A DNA stretch of 64,000 bases, taken from the NCBI GenBank assembly GCA_965205615.1, contig CBDBHK010000035.1:162620-226619 (forward strand), read 5' to 3'. The notes below the pieces were generated by a model that made no database searches, was not told the origin of the DNA, and saw only the letters and a program-made list of their open reading frames with translations. Shown in pieces: positions 1-10,567 of this stretch (positions are counted from its first letter, which is position 1; each line of letters opens with the position of its first letter). This DNA is from Acidobacteriota bacterium (GTDB taxonomy: Bacteria; Acidobacteriota; UBA6911; RPQK01; CBDAPI01). The translations under genes and the position numbers were made by a program.

Positions 1-419
1 CCGGCCTCGGTGTAGCGCCTGGCCGAATCGTGGCGGCTGATGTCCGCTCGCAGACGGCGCATCCGCTCCATGACTGCCCCAAAGTCCACTTCCAGAGCCT
101 GTGGCGCCCGAATCCCGTAGTCGCCGGACTTGCGCACCGTGGCCGCAACTTTGGCCGCCGCCAGCAGGCCCTTGGACGGAACACAACCGACAGTGAGGCA
201 GTCTCCGCCCATGAGGTGCCTCTCGACCAGGGCCACCCGGGCCCCCAGGCCCGCCGCTCCGATGGCTGTTACAAGCCCTGCTGTTCCGGCCCCGACCACC
301 ACCAGATTGTATCGGCGCCGGGGTTCGGGGTTGACCCAGTCCGGGGGGTGGACATTGCTGACCAGAAGTTCATTGTGCCGGTCGCGTGGAAGGATTGGAA
401 AGCCGTCAGAGGTTGCCAT
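1..419 (-). CDS. Mercuric-reductase-like / dihydrolipoamide dehydrogenase-family pyridine nucleotide-disulfide oxidoreductase (runs off the window edge)
   Basis: Not in the ORF track. Hand translation from ATG 419 (GGAG upstream) gives MATSDGFP...YNLVVVGAGTAG...VERHLMGGDCLTVGCVPSK, i.e. the FAD-binding GxGxxG and the redox-active CxxxxC motif. Confidence 0.88.
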   Translation of the reverse strand, partial: MATSDGFPILPRDRHNELLVSNVHPPDWVNPEPRRRYNLVVVGAGTAGLVTAIGAAGLGARVALVERHLMGGDCLTVGCVPSKGLLAAAKVAATVRKSGDYGIRAPQALEVDFGAVMERMRRLRADISRHDSARRYTEA

Positions 420-438
420 GATGGACTCCGTTCAGTAG

Positions 439-1134
439 CTATTGAATACGCTGGTTGAGCGCGGCACGGGCAATGCGAGTGACATAAACCGTAACCAGGA
501 TAGTGGCGACGAGACCTGCTCCGAAGAGCGCAAGCTCGCCGGTCGTGCGTCCACGGTCACTGTCCCCCAGGGCAGCCAGATCTCCGGCCAGTGACCCGAT
601 ATAGACATACACGAAGGTTACCGGCGCCATCCCCACGAACGAGGCCACGACGTAATCCCGCAGCGAGACCCGCGTCAGACCGAAGGCATAGTTGAGCAGG
701 TTGAAGGGGAACACCGGTGAGAGGCGGGTCAGACCTACAATCTTCCAACCTTCCTCCGCAACTCCCCGGTCGATGGCCTTGAATCTCTGGTCGCGTTCAA
801 TCTTGGAGGCCACCCACTCCCGGGCCAGATATCGGCCGACCAGAAAGGCAGCGGTGGCTCCCAGGGTCGCCGAAACCAGGGCGATCAGCGTTCCTGCCAG
901 GACACCGAAAATGGCCCCGGCTCCCAGCGTCAGAATGGACCCGGGCACCAGAGCCACCGCTGCGATGACGTAGATCAACGCGAAGACCAGTGGACCGACG
1001 GCTCCCAGGCCTCGGATCCAGTCCAGGGTCTGCCGGACGGTCGTTTGAAGATCGTACCGGACGCCGAAATAGATGAGGCCGGCGGCCAGCACGGTAACGA
1101 TCAGGAGTTTGGGAACGGAAATATTGTCTTTCAT
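439..1134 (-). CDS. TVP38/TMEM64 (DedA/SNARE-associated) membrane protein
   Basis: [21 protein letters not shown] and [18 protein letters not shown] motifs. Start placed at MKDNI (1134). Confidence 0.9.
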   Translation of the reverse strand: MKDNISVPKLLIVTVLAAGLIYFGVRYDLQTTVRQTLDWIRGLGAVGPLVFALIYVIAAVALVPGSILTLGAGAIFGVLAGTLIALVSATLGATAAFLVGRYLAREWVASKIERDQRFKAIDRGVAEEGWKIVGLTRLSPVFPFNLLNYAFGLTRVSLRDYVVASFVGMAPVTFVYVYIGSLAGDLAALGDSDRGRTTGELALFGAGLVATILVTVYVTRIARAALNQRIQ

Positions 1135-1348
1135 CGGCGTCAATTCTAGTCGTGCGCGCCCGCAGCCGCCAGACCTGCCCCTGCCAGACGCCCCCGGGGC
1201 TGCCAGCCCGCTTGGGTACAATGAGCCTTACAATACCCTCACCGGTGCGATGATTCTGGCCGGCGCTTCAGCACCGCCTCTGAACGTCCTCCGGAACAGG
1301 GGAATGAGAGGTGCAACAGCTTTGGCAACCAACCGATCACCGGCCCGG

Positions 1349-3204
1349 GTGGCCGCTTACAGCGAAGAACATGTCAGGAGCCTCGACTGGAAGGAGCATA
1401 TTCGAACTCGCCCCGGGATGTACATCGGGAAACGGGGAGACGGATCCCATGAAGACGATGGGATCTATCTACTTTTCAAAGAGGTGGTCGACAACAGCGT
1501 AGACGAGTTTCTGATGGGCGCCGGCAAGAAGATCGAGGTCACGACGGCAAACGGAACGCTGGTCGTGCGCGATTACGGTCGCGGGGTTCCCCACGGTAAA
1601 TTGATCGACTGTGTCGCCCAGATCAATACGGGAGCCAAGTACGATACGGGGGCTTTTTACCGCAGCGTCGGATTGAACGGAGTTGGGACAAAGGCTGTCA
1701 ACGCGCTCTCCACCAGCTTTGTCGTCGAGTCGTTTCGAGAAGGCAAGGTCAAGCGTGCCGAGTTCTCGCGTGGAGAACTCGTCAAAGAGTTCCCGGCTCT
1801 GCCCTCCGGCGAACCGGGCGGTACTCTCGTCGAGTTTAGTCCCGATCCGGAGATTTTTCCCGCCTACAGTTTCAACGTGCAGTTTCTGGAAGACCGGCTC
1901 TGGAACTACGCGTATTTGAATCGGGGACTCCGCATTCACTTCCAGGGGCAAGTGATTGCCAGCCGAAACGGCCTGCTCGATTTGTTGAGTCGTCAAGTCG
2001 AGAATGGCGGCCTGTATGAGCCCATTCATGAGGTCACTGACTCCATCGAGTTCACGCTGACCCATACTGATTCCTACGGGGAGTCCTATCTCTCCTTCGT
2101 CAACGGCCAGTACACTCCGGACGGCGGAACTCATCAGGCCGCCTTCAGGGAAGGCCTCCTGAAGGGCTTGAAAGAGTACTTCGGCAAGCAGGTTGACCCC
2201 TCCGATGCTCGGACAGGGATCGTGGGAGCGGTTCTGGTGCGCATTCACGAGCCGGTCTTCGAGTCGCAGACCAAAACCAAGCTCGGAAGCACCCATGTTT
2301 CACCGAACGGGCAGACTGTGCGCTCCTGGCTGGTCGACTTCGTACGCGAACGGCTGGTCACCCTTCTCCACAAGAATCCGCAGACGGCCCGGGAGATCCT
2401 CAAGAAGATCCGTCGCAATGAACGGGAGCGCAAAGACCTGGCCGGTATCAAGAAACTGGCTCGTGAGCGAACCCGCAAGGCCAACATTCACAACAAGAAG
2501 CTCAGGGACTGCAAAGTACACTTCAATGAACCCCGCCGGGAGGGCTTTGACCGCAGCCAGCTTTTCATTACCGAGGGAGACAGCGCATCCGGGAGCCTCA
2601 CCAAGGTGCGGAGGGTCCAGACCCAGGCCGTGTTCTCGCTTCGCGGCAAGCCGCTCAACTGCTTCGGCCTCTCCCGGAAGGTGGTCTATCAGAACGAGGA
2701 GCTGAATCTGCTCCAGCATGCCCTGGGCATCGAAGACGGCCTCGAGAGCCTTCGCTACAACCTGATCATTATCGCGACCGATGCGGATGTCGACGGGATG
2801 CACATACGACTGCTGCTGCTGACCTTCTTTCTCCAGTTTTTCCCCGAACTTGTGCGCAAGGGCCATCTCTACATTCTCCAGACGCCGCTCTTTCGGGTAC
2901 GCGACAAAAGGAAACGCTCTACTGCTATAACGAAGAAGAAAAGCGCAACGCTCTTCTGGATTTGGGTGGCCAATCAGAGATCACCCGCTTCAAGGGCCTG
3001 GGCGAGATCTCCCCGAACGAGTTTCGCGATTTCATCGGCGAAGGCATTCGCCTCGACCGTGTCCACCTGCCCCACGGACTGAACCTCAAAGACCACCTGC
3101 AATTCTACATGGGAAAGAACACTCCCGATCGAAGGGATTTCATTCTCAAGAACCTGATCACGGAATCGATGGATGCTGCGCTCAGCCCGGAAGAGGTCCT
3201 GTGA
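1349..3204 (+). CDS. parE: DNA topoisomerase IV subunit B, frameshifted near 2906-2909
   Basis: [37 protein letters not shown] and DADVDG motifs. One extra A in AAAA (2906-2909) gives [12 protein letters not shown] and joins the C-terminal TRFKGLGE frame (ORF 2962-3204). The GTG start at 1349 is inferred. Confidence 0.88.
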
Positions 3205-3234
3205 CGCCACCGTGGCTATGAAGGGGACGACCAA

Positions 3235-5247
3235 GTGAGCGGGCCCGGGAGAGTCTCGGACGGTATTTCCCCGGACAATGGTGAAATGGGCGTCCGGGGT
3301 ACGTACAAGGACTATTTTCTTCAGTACGCCTCTTACGTCATCACCGACCGCGCCATTCCCCACGCTGTAGACGGCCTCAAACCGGTACAGCGGAGAATTC
3401 TCCACTCGCTGTGGGAAAACGAAGACGGGCGGTATAACAAGGTGGCAAACCTGGTCGGGCACTGCATGAAGTATCACCCCCACGGTGATGCCTCGATTTA
3501 TGCAGCGCTCGTCGGCATGGCCCAGAAGGAGCTCCTCATAGATACCCAGGGAAACTGGGGCAACCCGGCCACCGGAGACTCGGCCGCCGCCGCCCGGTAC
3601 ATTGAGGCCCGTCTCACACCCTTTGCCAGAGAAGTCGTATTTTCCGCCCATCTGACCGAATATCAGCTTTCCTACGACGGCCGAAACCAGGAGCCGGTGC
3701 TGTTGCCAGTCCGGTTTCCGCTGCTCCTGGCAAGCGGCGCGGAAGGGATCGCCGTGGGCATGACCACGCGGATTTTGCCCCACAACTTCGTGGAGCTGCT
3801 GGAAGCACAGAAGGCCTGCCTGAACCGCCAGGAATTCACGTTGTATCCCGACTTCCCCGGCGGGGGACTGGCCGATGTCAGCAACTATAACGACGGCGCG
3901 CCAGGCTCTCGCGTCCGGGTCCGCGCCCTTTTGGAAAACGGATCGGGAAAGACTCTCGTCGTACGGGAACTCCCTTTTGGAACGACCACCGAGTCGCTCA
4001 TCGAATCGATTGTCAGCGCCAGCGAGAAGGGAAAGATCAAGGTTGCGCACATTGAGGACAACACTGCTGAAAACGTGGAGATCGTGGTCACGTTCCAGCG
4101 AGGCGCGAACATGGAGCAGGCCAGACGCGCGCTCTATGCCTTCACGAATTGTGAGGTCAGCCTGGCCTCCAACCCCATGGTCATTCGCAAGGCCCGTCCC
4201 GAGGCATGCACTATTTCCCGGCTTCTGATCGACAGCACCAGGCGGACCAGGGAACTGCTCAAACAGGATCTGGAACATCGCCTCGAGCAGCTCATCAAAA
4301 ATTGGCACCGACTCCGCCTCGTGCAGATTTTCGTCGAGAACCGAATCTATCGACGCATCGAGGATTGCGAAACCTGGGACGCCGTGCTCTTTGAGATCGA
4401 TCAGGGACTGGAACCGCACAAAGACCAGCTTCGGAGAGAGGTCACTGAAGAGGATCTCATCTATCTGACAGAGGTCAAGATCAGGCGAATCAGTGCCTGG
4501 GACTCGGAGAAAGCGAACGCAGAGCTGGAAAAAATCGACCGGCAGCTCGGCACCATTCGCCGCAATCTCAGAAACCTGACCCGCTATACGATTGACTACA
4601 TCGATCACCTCATCCAGAGCTATGGCCGGGGCCGAGAACGAAAAACGCGCTTGACCAGTTTTGGTACGGTCAAGGCCCAGACCGTTGCCGCAAAGACCGA
4701 GAAACTCTATGTCGATTACAAGGCGGGATTCATCGGGACGGATCCCAGAATCGGCGACGAAATCGGCCCCTGTTCCAGCCTCCACGATGTAATGGTGGTT
4801 CTAGGAGACGGACGACTGCTCGTGACCAAAATCGAAGCTAAGAAGTATGTTGGAGATAAAATAGTTTATTTACAGTTGTTTGAACAACATAATCGAGAAA
4901 CTACATTCAATTCGGTCTACCAGGACAAACGCACAGGCAGGGGCATGGTCAAGCGTTTCCGCATGGGAGGAGTCACACGGGACCGGTGCTATTCGTTGGG
5001 GAAGGAGAAGCATGGAACACGGACCCTTTTCTTCCAGCCGGCCGACGTCCGTTTTTGTCACGTCCGGTTGCGGAAGAAACCGCGGATCAAGCCCGATCTG
5101 TACGTCGATTTTGACGCTTACGCGGTTAAGGGTCGGGGCGCAGTCGGGGTCACACTGACTCAACACACAATGTCCAGCGTTCGCCGGATTTCCGAGCGGG
5201 TCTACATGCAGCGGGTCGGTTCCGATCCGGAATCTCCGGATTCTTAG
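3235..5247 (+). CDS. parC: DNA topoisomerase IV subunit A
   Basis: RAIP..DGLKPVQRRIL, YHPHGD, AARYIE (catalytic Tyr) and GIAVGM motifs; short C-terminal domain; adjacent to parE. Confidence 0.9.
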   Translation: MSGPGRVSDGISPDNGEMGVRGTYKDYFLQYASYVITDRAIPHAVDGLKPVQRRILHSLWENEDGRYNKVANLVGHCMKYHPHGDASIYAALVGMAQKELLIDTQGNWGNPATGDSAAAARYIEARLTPFAREVVFSAHLTEYQLSYDGRNQEPVLLPVRFPLLLASGAEGIAVGMTTRILPHNFVELLEAQKACLNRQEFTLYPDFPGGGLADVSNYNDGAPGSRVRVRALLENGSGKTLVVRELPFGTTTESLIESIVSASEKGKIKVAHIEDNTAENVEIVVTFQRGANMEQARRALYAFTNCEVSLASNPMVIRKARPEACTISRLLIDSTRRTRELLKQDLEHRLEQLIKNWHRLRLVQIFVENRIYRRIEDCETWDAVLFEIDQGLEPHKDQLRREVTEEDLIYLTEVKIRRISAWDSEKANAELEKIDRQLGTIRRNLRNLTRYTIDYIDHLIQSYGRGRERKTRLTSFGTVKAQTVAAKTEKLYVDYKAGFIGTDPRIGDEIGPCSSLHDVMVVLGDGRLLVTKIEAKKYVGDKIVYLQLFEQHNRETTFNSVYQDKRTGRGMVKRFRMGGVTRDRCYSLGKEKHGTRTLFFQPADVRFCHVRLRKKPRIKPDLYVDFDAYAVKGRGAVGVTLTQHTMSSVRRISERVYMQRVGSDPESPDS

Positions 5248-5346
5248 CCCTCCCCGCTCGGGGCGCCGATTCCGCTGCGGGCGGCGGGCAGTCGGTATGA
5301 TACTATTTTGCTCTGTTTGCATCCCTATTCTTGACGGAATCAACCG

Positions 5347-6384
5347 ATGAGAAAGCAAGCGCTGGCGGTTTTCGCAGCTCTTTTGAGCGCGGTTCTCTTC
5401 CTCTCAATTGAGGTTCCCCGTGCCCAGAAGCAGGGCCAGCGGCCACTCGAAGAAGAAGAGGATCGCCCGGCCGGACGGACGACCATCAGGGTCGGTGTCT
5501 CACAGGTCCAGGTGGACGTCACCGTCCAGGACAAAAAGGGCAACCTCATCCGGGGTCTGAAACAGGAACACTTCAAAGTCTATGAGGACAAAATAGAGCA
5601 GGAGATCACCAACTTTTCTCCCACTGAGGCGGCGATGACAGCGGTGCTGGTCGTCGAGTTCAGCAATTATATCAGCAACCGTGTGGACTACTATGGGGGA
5701 TGGGAGATGATCTATGAGGCGTTGCAGGCATCCCACACCTTTGTCCGTGGTATGCGGCAAGGCGACTGGATTGCGGTGATCGCCTACGACCTGCGATCCG
5801 AAATCCTGGTCGATTTTACTCAGAATCAAGGGGAAGTTTACGGCGCCCTGCGCCGGCTCCAGAATCCTGCCTTTTCCGAAAGCAATCTGTATGACACGGT
5901 GATCGATACGCTGGATCGCATGGAAGAGGTTAAGGGGAAGGTTTCGATGGTGCTCGTGACCAGCGGTCTCGATTCGTTCAGCAAGGCGAACCTCGGGAAG
6001 CTTCTCAAACGAGCCAAGAACACGAATGTGACGATCTACGCCTTCGGCCTGGGAGGTCAGTTTCTGGCACGCAACGACATGCATCTGTCCGCGATCACGC
6101 GAATGGACTTCCAGCAGGCAGAAGCCATGCTGAAGGCCATTACCAAGTCGACGGGGGGGGCAGCATACTTCCCGCGCTTCGTGGCCGCCTTCCCCGGCGT
6201 CTTTCAGAACATCAGTGCCCTGGTCAGGAGCCAGTATTCACTGAGCTTTGTTTCCACCAACACCAAAACCGACAGCAAGTATCGAAAGTTACGGATCAAG
6301 GTGGGAGTGGATGTGAACGGGGACGGCAAGCCCGATAAATTGAAAGTTCTGCACAAGGAAGGCTACTATCCCTCGAAGCGTTAG
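5347..6384 (+). CDS. Secreted VWA-domain protein (acidobacterial VWFA type)
   Basis: Signal peptide, VDVTVQDKKG..GLKQEHFKVYED, TGGAAYFP, QYSLSF, and a C-terminal GYY. Confidence 0.85.
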   Translation: MRKQALAVFAALLSAVLFLSIEVPRAQKQGQRPLEEEEDRPAGRTTIRVGVSQVQVDVTVQDKKGNLIRGLKQEHFKVYEDKIEQEITNFSPTEAAMTAVLVVEFSNYISNRVDYYGGWEMIYEALQASHTFVRGMRQGDWIAVIAYDLRSEILVDFTQNQGEVYGALRRLQNPAFSESNLYDTVIDTLDRMEEVKGKVSMVLVTSGLDSFSKANLGKLLKRAKNTNVTIYAFGLGGQFLARNDMHLSAITRMDFQQAEAMLKAITKSTGGAAYFPRFVAAFPGVFQNISALVRSQYSLSFVSTNTKTDSKYRKLRIKVGVDVNGDGKPDKLKVLHKEGYYPSKR

Positions 6385-6420
6385 GTATTGTCCTGAGGGC
6401 GCACGACAACCTTCCGACGG

Positions 6421-7611
6421 ATGACAGAACAGCCCCTCCAGCACTTGAGAATTCACTTCCACGGAGTCCAGGGGAGTGGCTCCATCTTCCCGTCGAAAGA
6501 AGAACGGGCGGCATAAAAACGCATCCACGACCACGACCTGCTGGGTCAGGTGTTTGACCACATGGCCGGGTTCCTCGACGAAGAGGGACGTCTCGACTGC
6601 ACTCTCGAGGAAATCCTGGGGGGTCCCCGCAGTCTGCGGACGATCAAGGCCTTTCGCTCCCAGTTCCCGGACGACGTCGCCGGTGTCTATGGTGGCTGGA
6701 CGACTTGCGTGTGGATCGAAACGGGAGACGGCTATGACCTCGTCTTCGATTGCGGCAGCGGCTTTCGGAACTGTGCCAAGGACCTGCAGGCGAAGTGGGG
6801 AGATCGAGAGGAGCGCCACCTTTACCTGTTTGGAAGCCATTCGCACCTGGACCACACCGAGGGCTTCGATCAGGCAGCAGTCTGCTTCGATCCGCGAAAC
6901 CACCTCCACATCTTCGGCAACCGGCAGTTTCTGACCGCTCTCGACGCCAATCTGGGGGTTTTCTCTCGCCATGTTGACGAGAAAGTTCTGGGGGTCCATA
7001 CGCCTATCTTCTACGGAATTATGCCGACCGAATTCGAGGCGACGGAGATCCGCGACTGCAACCTTGAGCCCGCCCCCGGGGAGGGCGGCAGCTTGAATCA
7101 GAAATACCATCACATCGAGGAAACAATTCGCCTTGGCGAGACGACCCTGACGGCATTCGAGGTCTATCATCCCGCTCCCTGTCTGGCTTACGCGGTTGAA
7201 AATTCCGGTCGGAAGTTCGTTTTCTGCACCGACCACGAGTTGAGAAGGGGTCCCGACGACAGCGATCCCGCCCAGACAGCCAGCCACGAAGCCGAACAAC
7301 GTCTTATCCACCACGCCCGCGGAGCGGATCTGCTTTATCGAGACGGGCAGTACCTCAGGAGCGAGTACGAAGGGTTGAAGGGAATCGGCAATGCGGCCGC
7401 TGTTCCCAGGGTCGACTGGGGCCACAGCTGCATCGAGGACATCCAGGAAATGGTGACCACCAGCGAAGTCCGCCGCACGCTCATCGGACATCACGATCCC
7501 AACCGCGACTGGAGTGAGAGGCAGTGGATCGACCAGTCTCTGGAGAGAACCTCAGCCGGGACCGCTTCGCTGATCGCACTGGCGCGCGCAGAAACAGTGA
7601 TTGATCTCTGA
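6421..7611 (+). pseudogene. MBL-fold metallo-hydrolase with an in-frame TAA at 6514-6516
   Basis: ATG 6421 reads MTEQPLQHLRIHFHGVQGS (a typical N-terminus) in frame with ORF 6550-7611, which has DCGSG, HSHLDH, TDHE, WGHS and HHDP motifs. Confidence 0.75.
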
Positions 7612-7629
7612 TGTCTCCCGGCGCCGGGG

Positions 7630-8122
7630 TCAGAGGATCAGACGGGTGAGGGCGAGAAAGGCCTCCTGCACGCCTTCCCCGGTCTTGGCACTGGTCCGGA
7701 GAATGGGGTACCCGAACCTCTGGAGAGGCTCCAGGAGCGGCTCATCAACTTCCCATTCCTCCTCCAGGTCGGCCTTGTTCAAGGCCACGACGAAAGGAAG
7801 CTTTCCGACGTCCCCGTTGATCTGGTCCACGAGATCCAGAGCAACGTCAACGGTATGCGCACGAGTGCCGTCAGCGACCAGGATGTAGCCTGAGGCGCCC
7901 TGCACGTAGGACGACGGTACGGAAAACCGATCCTCGGCGCCGGCTACGTCCCAAAGCAGTAACTGTACTTCTTCGCCGTCGAGCGAGACCAACGATCTTA
8001 TCAATCTTGACGCCAACCGTAATCAGGTACTTCTCGTCGAAGATACTCTGGACGTATTGGCGAACCATGCTTGTCTTGCCCACCGCGTAGGCGCCGAGCA
8101 TACAGACTTTCCTTTGGATCAT
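7630..8122 (-). CDS. Rab/Ras-like small GTPase, frameshifted near 7995
   Basis: G1 GAYAVGKT and G2 T are in ORF 7871-8122; G3 WDVAG, G4 NKAD and G5 SAK are in ORF 7630-8016. Confidence 0.85.
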
Positions 8123-8186
8123 GACAGCTGATTTCCCGATCTGAAGCGACCCGGCGGCGCGTCAGCCACCCTGGTGGTGTGCAGCG

Positions 8187-9335
8187 CTACTCGCAAATCG
8201 GAATTTGTTCCACGATGTTCAGGCCAAATCCCTCCAGGGCCACAATCTTTTTGGGATGATTCGTTAGTATTTGGATTTCGTGCAGCCCAAGCCCCGTCAG
8301 GATCTGAGCTCCCACCCCAAAGTCACGGAATGAGGCTGCCGGTGAGTCGGGGGACGCCGTCTCCTCCCGGGTGTGGGCAGCGAGTCTCTCCACTTCTCCT
8401 GTTAACTGCAGGTCCTTGTTATTGTTTCTGAGGTAGACGAGTACTCCCCTTCCCTCGGCCTCGATTCTCCTTAGTGACAGTTCCAGTTCCTGGCCGGCGG
8501 GATCCAGCTTAGAGCGAAAAACATCACCCAGGACTGACTCCGCGTGGACTCTGACCAGAACGGGTTCCGGACTACTGATGTCCCCCTTCACCAGCGCGAG
8601 GTGACGGTCGCCGTCGAGACGATTCTCAAAGACAATCAGTTGAAAGCTCCCATACTGGGTCACAAAAGGGACCTCCTCGATGTCCTCCACGAAGCGCTCC
8701 GTCTTGAGACGGAACTTGATCAGGTCTACGACGGATACGATCCGAATGCCATGTTTCTCGCGAAAGCGGAGCAAGTCCGGCAAACGTGCCATGGTGCCGT
8801 CCTCGTTCATGATTTCGCAGATCACGCCGGCGGGCTTGAGGTCCGCGATTCGTGCCAGATCCACAGCGGCTTCCGTCTGACCGGCCCGCTCCAGCACTCC
8901 CCCGGGCCTGGCCCGCAGAGGAAATACGTGCCCGGGACGAATCAGGTCCTGAGAACGTGTCCCGGGATCTATCGCCGTCAGGATGGTCCTGGCGCGATCG
9001 GCTGCCGAGATGCCGGTGGACACTCTTCGGCGCGCTTCGATGCTGACGCAGAAAGCGGTCTCGTGAGGCGACTCGTTCTCGGCTACCATGAGCGGGATCT
9101 GAAGCTGTTCCAGCGTTTCGGCGGTCATGGGTAGGCAGATCAGCCCCCGACCATGGGTGGCCATGAAGTTGATGGCCTCGGGCGTCACTTTTTCCGCAGC
9201 CAGGGTCAGATCGCCTTCGTTCTCTCGGTGCTCCTCGTCGATTACGATCACCATTTTGCCGTTGCGAATATCGTCGAGCGCATCCTGGATGCGGTCCAGC
9301 CCTTCTTGTGTTTTCGGCAACGACGAGGTTGGCAT
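8187..9335 (-). CDS. ribB: 3,4-dihydroxy-2-butanone 4-phosphate synthase with a degenerate GTP cyclohydrolase II domain (RibBX type)
   Basis: [23 protein letters not shown] and VICEI motifs. The C-terminal domain reads [18 protein letters not shown] and lacks the Zn-binding cysteines. Confidence 0.9.
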   Translation of the reverse strand: MPTSSLPKTQEGLDRIQDALDDIRNGKMVIVIDEEHRENEGDLTLAAEKVTPEAINFMATHGRGLICLPMTAETLEQLQIPLMVAENESPHETAFCVSIEARRRVSTGISAADRARTILTAIDPGTRSQDLIRPGHVFPLRARPGGVLERAGQTEAAVDLARIADLKPAGVICEIMNEDGTMARLPDLLRFREKHGIRIVSVVDLIKFRLKTERFVEDIEEVPFVTQYGSFQLIVFENRLDGDRHLALVKGDISSPEPVLVRVHAESVLGDVFRSKLDPAGQELELSLRRIEAEGRGVLVYLRNNNKDLQLTGEVERLAAHTREETASPDSPAASFRDFGVGAQILTGLGLHEIQILTNHPKKIVALEGFGLNIVEQIPICE

Positions 9336-9350
9336 TCAGTTTCTCAAACC

Positions 9351-10544
9351 CTATTGAACTGGCGGAAGCCGCTTGATCCAGCGCAGGGAAATCTTGTCTG
9401 GATTCACGACCCGGCTCAGTTTCGTCTCGTAAAACGGAGTAGCGTACTTCGCGAGCAGAGGATTCTCCCGGTCATCCAGAAAGGCCCACTCTCCCTTGCG
9501 ATTGTCCTCCAGCACCACTACCGGGAAGCTGGCCATCTCTTTGTCCACAGTGATATCGATGTTCTCTCTTCTGGCAAGCTTCGTCTTCAATGCAATCCGA
9601 TTCAGAATAATCTTCTGAGGTTCTCCAGTAACCACCCTGTCGTACAGCGCGCGGGACAGCCAGAGCGTCGTTTCGTCCCCGGAGACCCTGTTCATACCGA
9701 CCTTGAACAGTCCTCGAAGCGTAAACCGGTCTGCTCGATCCACCGCCCTGCTGAAGAGCTGGACGGTTCCCTGGTCGGCGGACGTCTCCCACTCCATGAC
9801 AATGTCCGGCTGGTAGCGCGCCACGCGAATCACAATCTCGCTGGTGCTTTCGCTGGTTGTATTCTCGTAAATCAGAATGGTGTTGCCGGCTACCTCGAGG
9901 GAAGACGCCTGCAGCGATCCCAGTGAGGCCAACAGAACCAGCACGCAACTCACCAGGATTCGCTTGACGTGCAGTTCTACGTACTTACTGATCATGTCGA
10001 CTTCCAGGTTGACCTCTTCCGAACTCTCGAACCGGCCCAGATTGGTCACCTCCAGAGTATGAGGGATAATCGTCACTTCGAACCAGTCTTCTTCGAGGGC
10101 TGAGATGGTCAGGCTGACGCCATTGACTGCGATACTTCCCTTCAGCGTACAGTAACGCAGAATCCCGCGGGCCGCGCGAAACCGCAGGATCTTTGAGTTC
10201 CCCTCCTCCCTGACGGCTGTCAGCCGGCCCGTCCCATCAACGTGGCCCTGGACCAGATGCCCACCCAGGAAGTCGCTGACGCGAGCTGCAGGTTCCAGAT
10301 TGATCAGGTCTCCTTCCTCACGGGCCCGGAGGTTGGTCAGACGTATCGTCTCCGGCGTCACCTCCAGCCTGAACTCCCGTTCGGTGCACGCCACCACGGT
10401 CAGGCAAACACCATCCACGCTGACGCTGTCTCCAGACTTCAAGCGGGGAGCCAGTTCCGGGGATTTGACTGTGAGAATCGAGCCTTCAGCCCTGCCCTCG
10501 ATGCTGGCCAGTCGGCCCTGGCCGGTTACAATACCAGTAAACAT
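9351..10544 (-). CDS. ribE: Riboflavin synthase (alpha chain) with a ~200-aa C-terminal extension
   Basis: MFTGIV N-terminus, [34 protein letters not shown] and VNLEVD motifs, then a hydrophobic segment and an unknown domain. Confidence 0.88.
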   Translation of the reverse strand: MFTGIVTGQGRLASIEGRAEGSILTVKSPELAPRLKSGDSVSVDGVCLTVVACTEREFRLEVTPETIRLTNLRAREEGDLINLEPAARVSDFLGGHLVQGHVDGTGRLTAVREEGNSKILRFRAARGILRYCTLKGSIAVNGVSLTISALEEDWFEVTIIPHTLEVTNLGRFESSEEVNLEVDMISKYVELHVKRILVSCVLVLLASLGSLQASSLEVAGNTILIYENTTSESTSEIVIRVARYQPDIVMEWETSADQGTVQLFSRAVDRADRFTLRGLFKVGMNRVSGDETTLWLSRALYDRVVTGEPQKIILNRIALKTKLARRENIDITVDKEMASFPVVVLEDNRKGEWAFLDDRENPLLAKYATPFYETKLSRVVNPDKISLRWIKRLPPVQ

Positions 10545-10567
10545 GAGCCCGCTTATTCTAACAGTCC

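Noticed and set aside
1-419. True MerA / mercury-resistance operon
   Set aside because: No N-terminal metal-binding domain and no mer genes nearby. The C-terminus is outside the window, and pairing with a TVP38 gene is typical of MerA-like paralogues.
2974-4785. Long antisense ORFs (e.g. 2974-4785, 6289-7494, 14921-16537, 28638-29720, 35453-36529)
   Set aside because: Shadow frames of well-supported genes in GC-rich DNA, with no recognisable motifs.
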